A DNA stretch of 64,000 bases from Octopus bimaculoides (lineage: Eukaryota): contig NC_068991.1 in the NCBI RefSeq assembly GCF_001194135.2, positions 43,527,018 through 43,591,017 of the forward strand. The letters are read 5' to 3'. Made by a program: the position numbers and the translations under genes. The notes under the pieces were generated by a model. It was not told the DNA's origin. It saw only the letters and a program-made list of their open reading frames with translations, and made no database searches. Every line of letters begins with the position of its first letter. The first letter of the stretch is position 1. Shown here in pieces: positions 40,166 through 51,999 of the stretch.

Positions 40166-40388
40166 CATGAAAACCAACCAAATGTATGACGAAACTGGTC
40201 GACTTCTTGACAACAGCAAAGATGTTTGTGATTGTTTGGATGAGGACTGTCCAGGATGCCATTTTCCATGTAACAAATGTGGTTCTGAAAAGTGTGGCAC
40301 TGAGTGTCGATGTAATCGGAAGTGGGTATATGAAGTTGTGGAAATTGAAGGCTCAAACCTAGTGATTAGAAATGTTTCTGTAGCATAA
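40166..40388 (+). CDS. ARL14EP: Terminal coding exon encoding the ARF7EP_C cysteine-rich domain
   Basis: Acceptor TTTTAATATCAG|. YDETGRLLDNSKDVCDCLDEDCPGCHFPCNKCGSEKCGTECRCNRKWVYEVVEIEG matches the ARL14EP signature CDCL..DC.GC...C..C.S.KCG.ECRC.RKW. Stop TAA at 40388; AATAAA at about 40524. Confidence 0.95.
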
Positions 40389-42197
40389 AATCTTCATCTA
40401 GTGAATTCGGGGAGAATAGTCCATTCAAATTTTCTCCTGCACACAAAGATTGTCAATTTGCCTTTCATATCCTTTACTTTTTGTTCTACTTCTGCTTTAC
40501 ATATCACATAATCTGCCACATATAATAAAAACTCATTACATTTTCTTCCATTTCATTGCAAACCAATGACCATTGATCAACTAACATCAATCAACATCCG
40601 CCCTGAACTTCATTTCATTTCACATTACAATATGGACTAATGTTGTTATACTTGCCAGTATTGTCATTGTTGTTGTTGCTGTTAGTTAGCTACAGTTATG
40701 TGTGATAGAGAAGATTCATGGCAATAAAAGAACCAACTGATTAATTAAGTTAGTATGGGACAAATTCAACGTGTCAGGTATGCAGTTCTATTGTCCCTTG
40801 TTCCTAGTAAATTACAAGTAACTATGGTAACTATTTTATGACCCTGCCATACATACAGAAGAAGAAACAGCTTATTCAATTGTAGCAAGATATGAACTTA
40901 CCAGAAAGTTTCTAAACAGCTTATTAGTTTACATTATTATAATCACAACTTTAAATTCTGTGAGTTGGATTGTTTGATATTGTTACTGTGGTTTGTTTGC
41001 TACCATACCTTCCTCTTCATAACAGTATTGGTAAAATGAGAAATTTTTACGCTTTTTAATTTTTTTTTTATTTTACAATGATAGCACCACTACCTCAGTC
41101 ATATTTCGATCTGTGCCACTCAATTTTACATTTTATTTATTTATTTTCATTTTATCAAATTTTGAAGTGCATTGTTATGGTATGTGTGACAATTGTTCAT
41201 CTTTCCAAAAAGTACCTGTGGGAAAAGTTCAGAGCTCCACAATACCCTGATTGAAAATCACGAGATAAGATATTTAATGGAATAATATTGTCTGATAAAT
41301 AGTATTGTAAATGCTTTCAAATGTAACACTAAATACCTTTGTTTTGTCATTTATCTTCAAACTAGTTGACTGAATTGGTAAGGCGTTAAATTTATAACAT
41401 CATACTATAAAATGATTCAGTTTTCTGGGAGGCTAGAGTTAATAGGAAAAGAACCAGTAATATGTGGCAGTATGGTACTAAAGCAAATATTTTCTGAATC
41501 CCTCAGTTCAATTGGGCTTGCGTTTAAATCAAGTTGCTAGAATATGAAGCAGATGAGAAATATAAATAACACTATTGGATAAAATTCTGAGCTATGACAA
41601 ATAGCTCTATTCATGGAAATATTTTAGCTCAACACTGCATAGCCAATGAAACACTCATTAATTTGATTATACTGATGCTACTTATAGAATTGGGTAGCTA
41701 AATTGAGACAATTTTCAAAATGTTATATCTGTATAAGTACCTTAGCATATATCAAGTCTAAGATATTAATTTAATGCTTTAAATAATAGATTATGATAGA
41801 ATTGTAGAATCACTGCAACAAAATACTATTGGTGAAATGAGCTGCACCTGATGTAGCTCTCATTCATCATTACCAATAACAGATTCTGTAAAAGCAACAG
41901 TTTAACATACTCTAGCTAAGCTAAGACTACATGAGATGTTCTCCATTCATTTGATGATACCTGTTGCAATCACAAATATGCCAACACCATTCCTTTTGGT
42001 TGATTTAAAGTAAAGCCATCACCAGCTTAACCAAGCTTGCTAAAAATCATGGTGTGGGTAGGAAGACAATAGCTAGGATTGTTAATAATTACTTAGGTAT
42101 AAAGTCATATATTTGTAGATGGCAAAGTATTCTCACAGCCTAATCTAAAGCTATTAAGGCTTAGATGGCCCCAAAATTTCTCAGCTATCTAATGTAA

Positions 42198-42600
42198 ATG
42201 ATGGGAAAGTTAGAATCTGTTAATGAAAAGACTTTTATTGTTGACCACATCATCAATTGTCACAACTGCATGGTTATTGCATTCAAACCTTCCAATGTTC
42301 CTGCTGTCATGCAAAGTAAGAATCCAACCTTGATTATGATGTTTGAAGCTCTTGCAAAGGACAGACATGTAGTTCAACCTCATGTCAGCAAAGTAGGTTT
42401 TAACAACACAGCTGGGTATTGAAACATCCTTGATAAATTTCTGATGCCATGGATTATTAAACATTATGATTCAAATGAGATTAACACCAGCACTGGGTTC
42501 AAAATTATTTCAAGATGAAACTTCCACTGTTTATTCCTAAAGAAATTGAACCTTCTAACTCATCAAATCTGAATCCATTTGACTTTTGGATCTGATGGGG
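42198..42600 (+). mobile_element. Second maT-like mariner transposase fragment
   Basis: NEKTFIVD...VPAVMQSKNPTLIMMF aligns to the 39178 element; SNSSNLNPFDFW near 42550-42590. Confidence 0.6.
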
Positions 42601-45378
42601 AAGAGATATCATTAACACATTAACTGCCATTGCCTGTTACTGGAACTTACTGGCAATGCCACGTATTTTATGCAGTCACACTGCATACTGTTTAATTACA
42701 AGGAAATGTATTTTTTTGCATTTTTACAATATTTCATAATTAAACTTTAATATTTAGCTTGCATGTTATTTAAATACCTGTGAAACAATGTCAATATACA
42801 GAAAATATTTTCTCAAATTATGAAGATGTACCACCAGTGATGCATATGGCAGTTGTGTGAAGTTTGCAATGAACTATCAGTGGTACCTATGGCAGTTAAT
42901 GTTTTAAGGACAAGTCCAATATAACACCTCTTTATGCTGAAGTCTGCTTTTACAAGGCGTTCAGGTTTTTAAATGTGGATCAAACAAAGAGACTTCTGCA
43001 TCCATTTCCAATCAGTTATAACTGTTAATGGTGGATTTAGTAATATCTTGTCTTATATTATGACAAACATACAAAGTTTCATGCTTTAATCTTTTCATTT
43101 ATCTTAGTTACAGGCTTTGAAACCTCTCAAGATAAAGTCTTGCTTCAGCTGCCCAATCCTCTGTATTACCCTAGAGGTAGATGGACTCAGACATTGAAAG
43201 CTGTTTTGATTATTTCAGTGCTGGTCACAGGATATGAATTACTGATTTCTTAGTTGTCCAGTGCCCTATCACCTAAGCTATTTGTTTTATTGATTATGCA
43301 TAAATGAAAAGCAAAATATATCTTATGTAGGATTTAAATGGCCTTTACCATTGAAGTGTCGTACCATCTAATTTGGTTCATTGCTTCTAAACTATTGTCT
43401 TGTTAATATATAAATTTTGTCCTTGTGCATATCCTTGTCCATCTCTTTCCATATATACAGCTATACATTTGGAAATAATTTAGTAGTACAAACTTAGTCT
43501 ATGATGCTTCTGTTTTCAAATTAGTGTATGTAAAAGCTGAAGTAACTGAATTCTCATCACTGTTTTTATGGCAAACATTCAACTCTCACATCATCAGCAT
43601 ACACTAACAGTGACTTTGTAACTGCTGCATTTTATATACAAATCATGAGACTTGTTTCAGTCTTCATTCCTACCTCTAAGTCTTGTATGAAGTATTAATA
43701 AACATAAACCCAATCTTTTTCATATCTCAGTTTTGTCTTAAGGATTTCATAAATTTGACTTACCAGCATTTTGGAAATATATGTAAAATCTGTTTCATTG
43801 ATGTGGATGAGAGAAAGAATAAGAAATATTCCTGTTAATCTCTTCAAAATAAAATAGTTTCACTTGAGAATATAAATTGCTGGGTGGGAGTGCAGGGAGC
43901 TAACAACTTCCTGTTGAGGCAAATGTCACAGTCTTCTTTATAATCACTATGATGTTGATTCATTTTGATTAGGCCTAAGTCAGATTTTTACAAGAGAAAA
44001 CTAGTGGATGGAATCAGCATCAGTATCATACAGGTATTGTCATGGTCTTTATAGATTGGAAAGGAAAATCATTTTGCCATGGATTGGCTGCAGAAGCTTG
44101 AAGAATCAAAGTTGATTCTATAAGCTGTCTAAACTATCTGTGATAAATTATTCTTCCAACAATAATAGCTCGTAAGACCTATGAAGAGTCCATGGTTTAT
44201 AATGTTAAAGATTTCAATTATGTTTTTAACTTTATTCTATACTTATTAAAGGCATAACACTCAAATCCGTTGCAACAAGTGGAATAATAAATATAATCAG
44301 CTCTAACTTAAACTCAAGGTTAAACATTTTACAGGAAGTATGTACTTGGTTTAATCAAATGTTAGCATTAACTTTATTTGTTTTTCCTTGGAAGGATGAA
44401 AGAGAAGGTCAATTCCAGTAAGATTTGAACTTGCAATGTAAAGGGATGTAATTAACACTGTAAGGCATTTAATCCAACATTGTTAGGTTTTTATTATGCT
44501 GTGGCTTTAATATTTATAATAGTAATAATAGGGATAAGATTCCAGTTTGCAGAATTTTATTCGCAATTGTAACCATTTTACTCCTGTCCTTTAAAATTTG
44601 AAAACATCACCATTTCATGTTCACCTTCCATACTTTCTCCAGACCAAATCATTAAAAAGAAACTGCTTTATTTAATGTGTTCCAACTCCTTTTGTTTTGA
44701 GACAAAAGGGTATGATTTGAAGCTGATTTTGCTGCTATTTCCATGTATTTATTATTACTATTATTTTTAATGACTTGGTTTGGAGGAAGTGATGTGCTCA
44801 TGATCATTGAAAGCTCTCTATTTGACATGGAAAATAACTGATAAAGAAAAAGTCTCAATTTCGAACAATTCTCTTGTTGAATCAAAATCTCCCTCTCTCC
44901 CTTTTTCTTTTTAAGCCATATGTGTCTGTATTTTAGAAGTGCAATGAAGATGAATTTTTTTTGTAATCTAAAAATTCTGTAACTTAAGTTTTTTTTCCCT
45001 CTGCTATTTTAAATGCAAAATAAAATTTTCATTGGGTCATCTTTGACATATTTCATAATCAAGAACTTTATGGTGCAACCTTTATTTTGTAAATGATTTT
45101 CCTGGTTTGACTGAACTGATTGTCAAATTTGGTGGTGCTTTGAGATACAAGTAAATTCTTCCCAATTGTTGTTTTGTGTACAATATTCATATTTTAGTCA
45201 GAGGAATGACAAAAAAAACTTAAGTTCAACTCACAAGCCTGCATTTCATGATATCCTGCTGTTTCCATATTTATGGATTGAAGTTACATGCTTTCTCGAG
45301 GAAGTTAAAACTTTGCACTTGATCAACAATTTCATCTTCAAGGCCACTGTCCTGTGGACCATTTGATGAGGTTCACAG

Positions 45379-45575
45379 CGGTGAGCTGGCAGAATCGTTA
45401 GCATGCTGGATGAAATGCTTAGCAGTATTTCGCCTGTTGCTTCCTTCTCAGTTAAAATTCCGTCGAGGTCAACTTTGCCTTTCATCCTTTTGGGGTCAGT
45501 GAAACACGGGTCGATGTAATGACTAGTCCCCTCCTCCAAAATTTCAGGCCTTGTGCTTATAGTAGAAAGGATTTG
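45379..45575 (+). mobile_element. SINE family B copy
   Basis: GGTGAGCTGGCAGAATCGTTAGCA...GAGGTCAACTTTGCCTTTCATCC...GGCCTTGTGC. Confidence 0.8.
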
Positions 45576-47609
45576 GTCTGAGGTTAAAATTAGGAATGAG
45601 TGCTATGGAGGAAATAATTGGCTTCTGGCAGGCTGAGGATTCAACTCCAAGAGCGAAAAGGGAGAGGGATTTGTGCTGATCGTATCATTTGTAGGGTATA
45701 AATATAATGATATAAATACAACTGAGAATCAAGACCAAATACACACAACCTTCTGGGAGGTTTCTTTGCTCTATTTGGTGATTACAACAAATGAAAATAG
45801 TTCTTCACATAAAAAAAAGTTATTGACAAAATCTCATCTTTAAATTATTGACATCATCTGGAACTTTTCTACATCTAAAATTATTACAAAAAAAAAATGA
45901 AAAATATAGGATTAAATTTCATTTTTAGTGTTGTTTGTTTGAAATAAATGTGATTGAGACAGAAAATGCATTACAATATTTAGTTTTATCTTTTAGGTGT
46001 TCAGAGTTCAGTCCCACTACAAGTGACTTTCATTACTTTTAGTATCATTGAATATCAAGTAGTATACTGAGCGAATCCGTTTTATCAACTACAAAAATAA
46101 TTGATCTTACGTCTGTATGAAAATCAATTTTGTGTTGATCCTGCCTGTATTTCTATGATACAGACTTCTTGTTTAAAGTGATCTAAATTATAACCTTCCT
46201 TCAAAATTTCAGGTGAACTTATTCTGCCACATTAAATCCAAATTTCAGATCAAATTTTGTTAATCATCTGCTAAAACAAGCTTTAAAAAAATTACAAAGG
46301 AGAATGGTTCCAAATTTATCGCTTCTCAAAATAATATTAGTCTAAGGGTCGTAATAGATAATTCATGTTATAAGAAAATACTTAATTACCTCCCCTGAAT
46401 TTTTTTTTCCTATTTTGTTGGAATTACTTTCTATTATAAAATTTTCTTGAAACTGGCTCTAGTTCAAAATTAGGGCCGGCACACAATTCTATGGCTTCAA
46501 ACATTGTTGTCCTCAAACAATAGTGTGATATATACCATCTATGTCAAGATTTCAGTTCATCGACCATACATTCTGTAACACTTGTGTCCTAGATACATAA
46601 CAGTAACTACTATTATTTGATAGCTGCGTTAAGATATTGAATATTTTATTTCATATCTATTTTCCAACCAGAAGTGAAAAATGTTCAAAGAAGGATTCAG
46701 TGTTATGTGAGGTTTGATCTAGCTTCAAATACACTATGGCACATAAAATTAAAATCTAGCTTTTCTTCTCTTCAACACCTCAAAATAGGGTCAGAGCATT
46801 GAGAAATCACTTTTTCTTGCTTTAAAAACATTACGATGGAAAGAAAGAAATCTGTAGTGATGGAAAGGACGGCTGTTTTATTTTTATTTTAGTTAAGAAA
46901 GTCCTGAAGTCATTGCTCTCCGATTCTCTAAATATTTCTACCATACATTTGTGTGTCTGCAATTCTTAGGTTTACATATGAACCCTCGTTATACCTTATG
47001 TAATATATGACGTTACTTTTCTCGTAGTTGTGTGGGTCTTTCATCATTCTTAGACATCACCTTCGATAGTTTTAGTCGATTATATTACATTCCGTATTTA
47101 TTTTAGGGATTTCTTATCGAATTGCTAAACCACATTTTAGATTAAAAGGTTACAATTTGCAACATAAAACACAAGGAACTTCTACAGAATTCATTCACAA
47201 GGCATTGTGCAAAGGCCAACTGTCTTCTACTGTAGCTGTAGTCCGAAACTACAGTAGAAAACATTCAACCAAAGTGCTGTGCCCTGGAATCGAACCCAGA
47301 ACAACATAGTTGCGAAGTGAACGTCTTAACCAAATAGCCCTGCTTTGCGTCTTAACGAACCTGCAATTCTTTTGTGAGTGTTTGCAGAAATTTGATTGTG
47401 TGCAATACAAAGTTATGTTCTCATCAATGCAAGTAACCATCAGATTTCTCCCATAAAAAAAAAAATAATAATCTTCGAAACCTTTGGTATATATATTTTT
47501 CCCCCTCTAATTGTAGCAGGCAACTAGTGACTTGGGAAAAAACCCCCAGAAGAATACTTGGTAAATTAGCACAAGCATTCCATGCTAATGCAGTTTCGCA
47601 TCTCTCCTT

Positions 47610-48110
47610 NNNNNNNNNNNNNNNNNNNNNNNNNNNNNNNNNNNNNNNNNNNNNNNNNNNNNNNNNNNNNNNNNNNNNNNNNNNNNNNNNNNNNNNNNNN
47701 NNNNNNNNNNNNNNNNNNNNNNNNNNNNNNNNNNNNNNNNNNNNNNNNNNNNNNNNNNNNNNNNNNNNNNNNNNNNNNNNNNNNNNNNNNNNNNNNNNNN
47801 NNNNNNNNNNNNNNNNNNNNNNNNNNNNNNNNNNNNNNNNNNNNNNNNNNNNNNNNNNNNNNNNNNNNNNNNNNNNNNNNNNNNNNNNNNNNNNNNNNNN
47901 NNNNNNNNNNNNNNNNNNNNNNNNNNNNNNNNNNNNNNNNNNNNNNNNNNNNNNNNNNNNNNNNNNNNNNNNNNNNNNNNNNNNNNNNNNNNNNNNNNNN
48001 NNNNNNNNNNNNNNNNNNNNNNNNNNNNNNNNNNNNNNNNNNNNNNNNNNNNNNNNNNNNNNNNNNNNNNNNNNNNNNNNNNNNNNNNNNNNNNNNNNNN
48101 NNNNNNNNNN
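47610..48110. other. Assembly gap (N). Other gaps at 15065-15074, 19409-19420, 36849-36919 and 58691-59033
   Basis: Runs of n. Confidence 0.99.
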
Positions 48111-48604
48111 TCTCTCATAAAATGGTGTATAATTCACATTAAATTATTTAGGATTACTTAAGGCAAACAAGTGAAACGCTAATTCTTTTCACTTTAATCT
48201 TTCTGTCTATTTAATTTCTATTTGCAATATGTTCGTCAGTTTGCTACGACCTCTGAAGGAAAACAAAATCAAAAATTTAAATGGGGTGAGGGGGTGAAAT
48301 TTTTTTTTTTTTTGCATATTCGTAATCTCCGGTATCTAAAACATAGCAACCCGAAAAAATGCATTTTTCAAGGAGAGGTGCGAAACTGCATCAGACTCCC
48401 CACCCCCGGACTAAGCATTCCATATGTAGTAACCAAAAAAAGTTTATTAAAAAGCATATCCTTAATGAATAGACTAATTTCTGTCAAATGCAAGGCAAAT
48501 AAATTTAAACGAAATATAGAAAACCAGTGAGAGAATAAAAACATCGAACATCACGATTTGGTCAAAGAAGCAATGTAACAGCAAAGCAAACAGCGAAGCC
48601 TTTT

Positions 48605-48860
48605 TTAGAACGCTTCCCCGTGCTGAGATGAATAATTTATGAGGTTGCTGCCTCCCTTGAATTGGATAACTGATCCCCAATTACCATTACGACAGAGCAC
48701 TTAGACCACCGATAGTCGGTAAGGCGAACTATCGTATGAAAGCTGATAGATTCCAGCCCCTGAGATCGTATCGCTAGTTATTCAATCACCAAAATCGAAG
48801 GATCCGAAGCGGCACGCCGGTAACAAAAGTTCACCACACCTGCCCTCATCTGAAATGGAT
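48605..48860 (-). other. Hairpin-rich island with scattered rRNA-like motifs, identity unresolved
   Basis: Minus strand has TTTGGTGA, CTATCAGCTTTC, GGGAGGCAGCA and GATCCTTCGAT, plus hairpins CGATAGT/ACTATCG and AATTGG/CCAATT. Motif spacing does not fit any one rRNA well. Confidence 0.3.
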
Positions 48861-49743
48861 TCACATATCCCTTTGCTCTATCTATTACCACCATTACAAT
48901 TACTACTACTTTTTTTCACAACCGTCACTACTGCTGCTAGTACTACTATCACCACAGTATCACAATAACTTGATTCCGCAGGGATAAAATGCAAGGGATG
49001 ATCAGAATTCGTTGAGGTGTAATTACCATAAAGTTACATTAGCTTGGTACCCTATAGGCTGTTTTAACTTTCTTTAAAATGTATATTCTTAATGAAATTT
49101 TGCAGGCACGTTGTCGATGTACATTACGAAGCTTTTGTCTAAGTTGTACAACGTAAACAAATGTTCGCCGGAATCCCTCAATGCAAAACGGAGTGGACAA
49201 CAAAAACATACTGGAATATCTAAAAAGATTTCCGAACGGTTCACTCAATCGAATTGCTTTCGTTTTGTATCAAGTCATTGTTTACCAACTATTTTGTGTC
49301 GGGACATTCCAGACCCTCGCTCCCAACATTTTCCTATGAAAAGTAACATCGTAATCCAAAAGAAGCACCCAGCCAGATGTAAAATAAGGATTTCATCCTA
49401 CATCCAAATAATCTTAATTTCTATAGACCGAGACCAAGTACCATCGCGATGAAGGGACGTTTGCTTTAACTGCAAACATTACTTACTAACCCGATCCCAA
49501 TAGTTAAATCCGGATATTGGGGCCAAATATGTACCAGAGTTCGAACTCGTGGGGTGGGGTGGGGTGTAAATTAACAACGTCAAAGTATTTTTTCCCCAGT
49601 GATTAGTTCGCCTTTGATACTTAGTAGCTGCTGCAATGTGTCAAAAATCACAACTGAAGAATCAGAATAATACATGAAAACGCTTATAAATTAACACGAA
49701 GCACAGTTATCGACTCGAGAGATGACTTATGACATATTTTGTA

Positions 49744-49759
49744 GGCCCTGAAAAGGGCC
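49744..49759 (-). promoter_or_regulatory. Histone 3' stem-loop (H2B)
   Basis: GGCCCTTTTCAGGGCC on the minus strand, 34 nt after the H2B stop. Confidence 0.95.
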
Positions 49760-49793
49760 GTTGCTTTCACCTAAAACAGGCATTAGTAACTTT

Positions 49794-50170
49794 CTACTTG
49801 CTGCTTGTGTATTTGGTAACAGCCTTGGTACCTTCAGAAACAGCGTGTTTGGCTAATTCACCAGGAAGGAGAAGACGGACAGCAGTCTGTACTTCACGGC
49901 TACTGATGGTCGAGCGTTTGTTGTAGTGTGCCAAGCGGCTAGACTCAGAAGCTATTCTTTCGAACAGATCGTTGACGAAACTATTCATGATAGACATAGC
50001 TTTACTGGAGATACCAGTGTCGGGGTGAACTTGTTTCAACACTTTGTAAATGTAGATAGAATAGCTTTCCTTTCTCTTTCTCTTTTTTTTTTCTTATCCC
50101 CAGAACGTGCAGGTTTAGCCTTAGCGGCTTTCTTTGCTCCTTTTGACGGTGCTGCTGCTGTAGGTGGCAT
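49794..50170 (-). CDS. H2B: Replication-dependent histone H2B with a frameshift in an A10 run (50083-50092); assembly error or recent pseudogene
   Basis: [27 protein letters not shown], then a shift, then [23 protein letters not shown]...TKYTSSK. TATA at 50196-50204 and CCAAT at 50260-50264 upstream; stem-loop downstream. Confidence 0.92.
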
Positions 50171-51621
50171 CCTTAGTAGTTAGAATCAGACAATTCTATT
50201 TATAGTTGACAGGTAGGCTCACCAGCTCGTTTTCTGGAAGTCATTTTAGCTCTAATGTCATTGGTGGAAATCGATTGCCTAGAAAACCACGTCACCGCAC
50301 GCTGCTTTATCTTCATGTAAGCAGCCACCTACAGTATCTGGAGCCTATTTAAAGGAAGATAATGGCAATTGATACCTTTGCGTGAGCTCGTCCCATGCAG
50401 TAGAAACAGGAAACCTACGCATCAAGACTGTTCATCCTGTGTTGACAAATGTAACAAAGATAATAAAAATGGTAAATATAAACTATATGAATAATATATA
50501 CGATAAATTTAACTTAGTGAAAAACTGGCCGCAGCACTCGACACGAATTCCCAGCTAATGTGATTCGATTAAACTTAATTCATATGTAATCTTTATCTTT
50601 TACTTCCTTCGGTCATGACACTGTAGCCATGCTGGGGCACTGCCTTGAAAAATTTTAGCCGAACGAATCGCCCCCAGTACTTTTTATTTTTAAGCCTAGT
50701 ACTTATGTCGTTATAGCCACGGGGACGTAAACATACCAACACCGGTTGTCAAGCGGTAGTGGGGAAACACATGGTGGTGAGGAGGCCTGATTTCTCGTTA
50801 TTTTCTCCCCTGTTTGAAATCATTGCATCATTATTTTGTACTGTGGCATCCTCTTTAGGATTATAGTTGAAGTTGAGAGAGTCCGAAACAGTCAGTGGCA
50901 GGTCCTCTTTTCTCAAGAAATTTTTCTTCATGTTGGATAAAAAAAGTCAAAATTGAAGAATTTGGGGAGGGGGAACAATGCCGATTTTTGGCAAAAAATT
51001 TTTTTTAATAAATTTGGGAGAAAATAGGTGGGGGCGGAAGATTTTCCTTCTTTTCTGTCAATTTTTCCCCCAGTTTGATCATTTTCAAAATGTCTAAAAT
51101 GGGGTAAAATGAGTAATCTAATTTCAATTTCTTCTCTTTAGCTACATGAATCTTGAAAGTTGTTTTGACGGTGATTAAAACACGCGGACAATATAAATTT
51201 TGTATCGATAAACAGCGTACCGCTAACCCACATGGACATTTTTTACCGAGTCGACTGTTTCCTCAATTAGTGGGCTTGCACACTTACTCACACGTCTACA
51301 AAATGAGATTTGAAGTTTCTAAAAAACATTGTGCCCAATTTTATTTTTTTACAGTAGATTACAATATAGTAAAAGTCGGGACACACTTATGGGGCTACGT
51401 TAGATGCTCGATATTATAACTTACCCTTCACAACACTCGATGTCGGTCGGTACTTTACAAATATGTAAAATATAACTCCCAAGCACGATTCCTTAACCGT
51501 GTGGCATCACGATCCAAAAGACAGAACCGACTAAATTCTTTCAAAGAAATAAAGCGGGTAAGGTAAAACGTAACATAAATACATATAGTTTGTTGAGAAA
51601 ATTTAACGTTATAGAGTGGGT

Positions 51622-51637
51622 GGCCCTAAAAAGGGCC
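51622..51637 (-). promoter_or_regulatory. Histone 3' stem-loop (H4 remnant)
   Basis: GGCCCTTTTTAGGGCC followed by ACCCA on the minus strand. Confidence 0.95.
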
Positions 51638-51667
51638 GTTATTCAGTATACAGTTGAAATTAAAGGT

Positions 51668-51803
51668 TTAACTTCCAAAACCAAAGTTCTTGTCATTTAA
51701 AAGAATAGACAACATCCATAAGCAATGACAGTCTTCTTTTGGCGTACTCAGCTTAAATAACCATGCCGCAGATAACAACATTCTCAATAAATACATTCAA
51801 TAC
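51668..51803 (-). pseudogene. H4: Histone H4 pseudogene, C-terminal half only
   Basis: VLNVFIENV..., AEYAKR, MDVVYSFK*Q and GFGS* correspond to VLKVFLENVI...HAKRKTVTAMDVVYALKRQ...GFGG. Stops and indels present; about 54 N-terminal codons absent. Confidence 0.88.
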
Positions 51804-51999
51804 GGACGTAGCAGAAAGCAATAATGAACATAAATCACGTGACTTTCAACAATTTTGATTGGCCGTTCCGCAACAACACCAAATTCTTTGCGGGAAATTT
51901 GCTTGAGTGTTATCGTACATTACAGTACTACCAATAAATAAAGTAGGAGGGATGAGTTATGTCGCCGCTTCAGACCCCGTTTTTAAGTACGTGTCTTGA

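Noticed and set aside
39060-42600. Neighbouring mariner elements as the donor of the HTH exon
   Set aside because: They are DD37D/maT-type, whereas the captured domain resembles the pogo/Tigger/CENP-B (Tc5) HTH.
47424-48142. Long ORFs spanning 47424-48142 (and 36744-37141, 58201-59591 in part)
   Set aside because: Their length comes from N gaps read as X.
48660-48685. Iron-responsive-element-like hairpin (loop CAGTT)
   Set aside because: The loop is not CAGUGN, there is no unpaired C bulge and no host mRNA is evident.
50280-50460. Divergent H2A partner upstream of H2B
   Set aside because: A TATA-like TATTTAAA is present at about 50346, but no H2A-like peptide (SGRGK, AGLQFPVGR) was seen in any frame.
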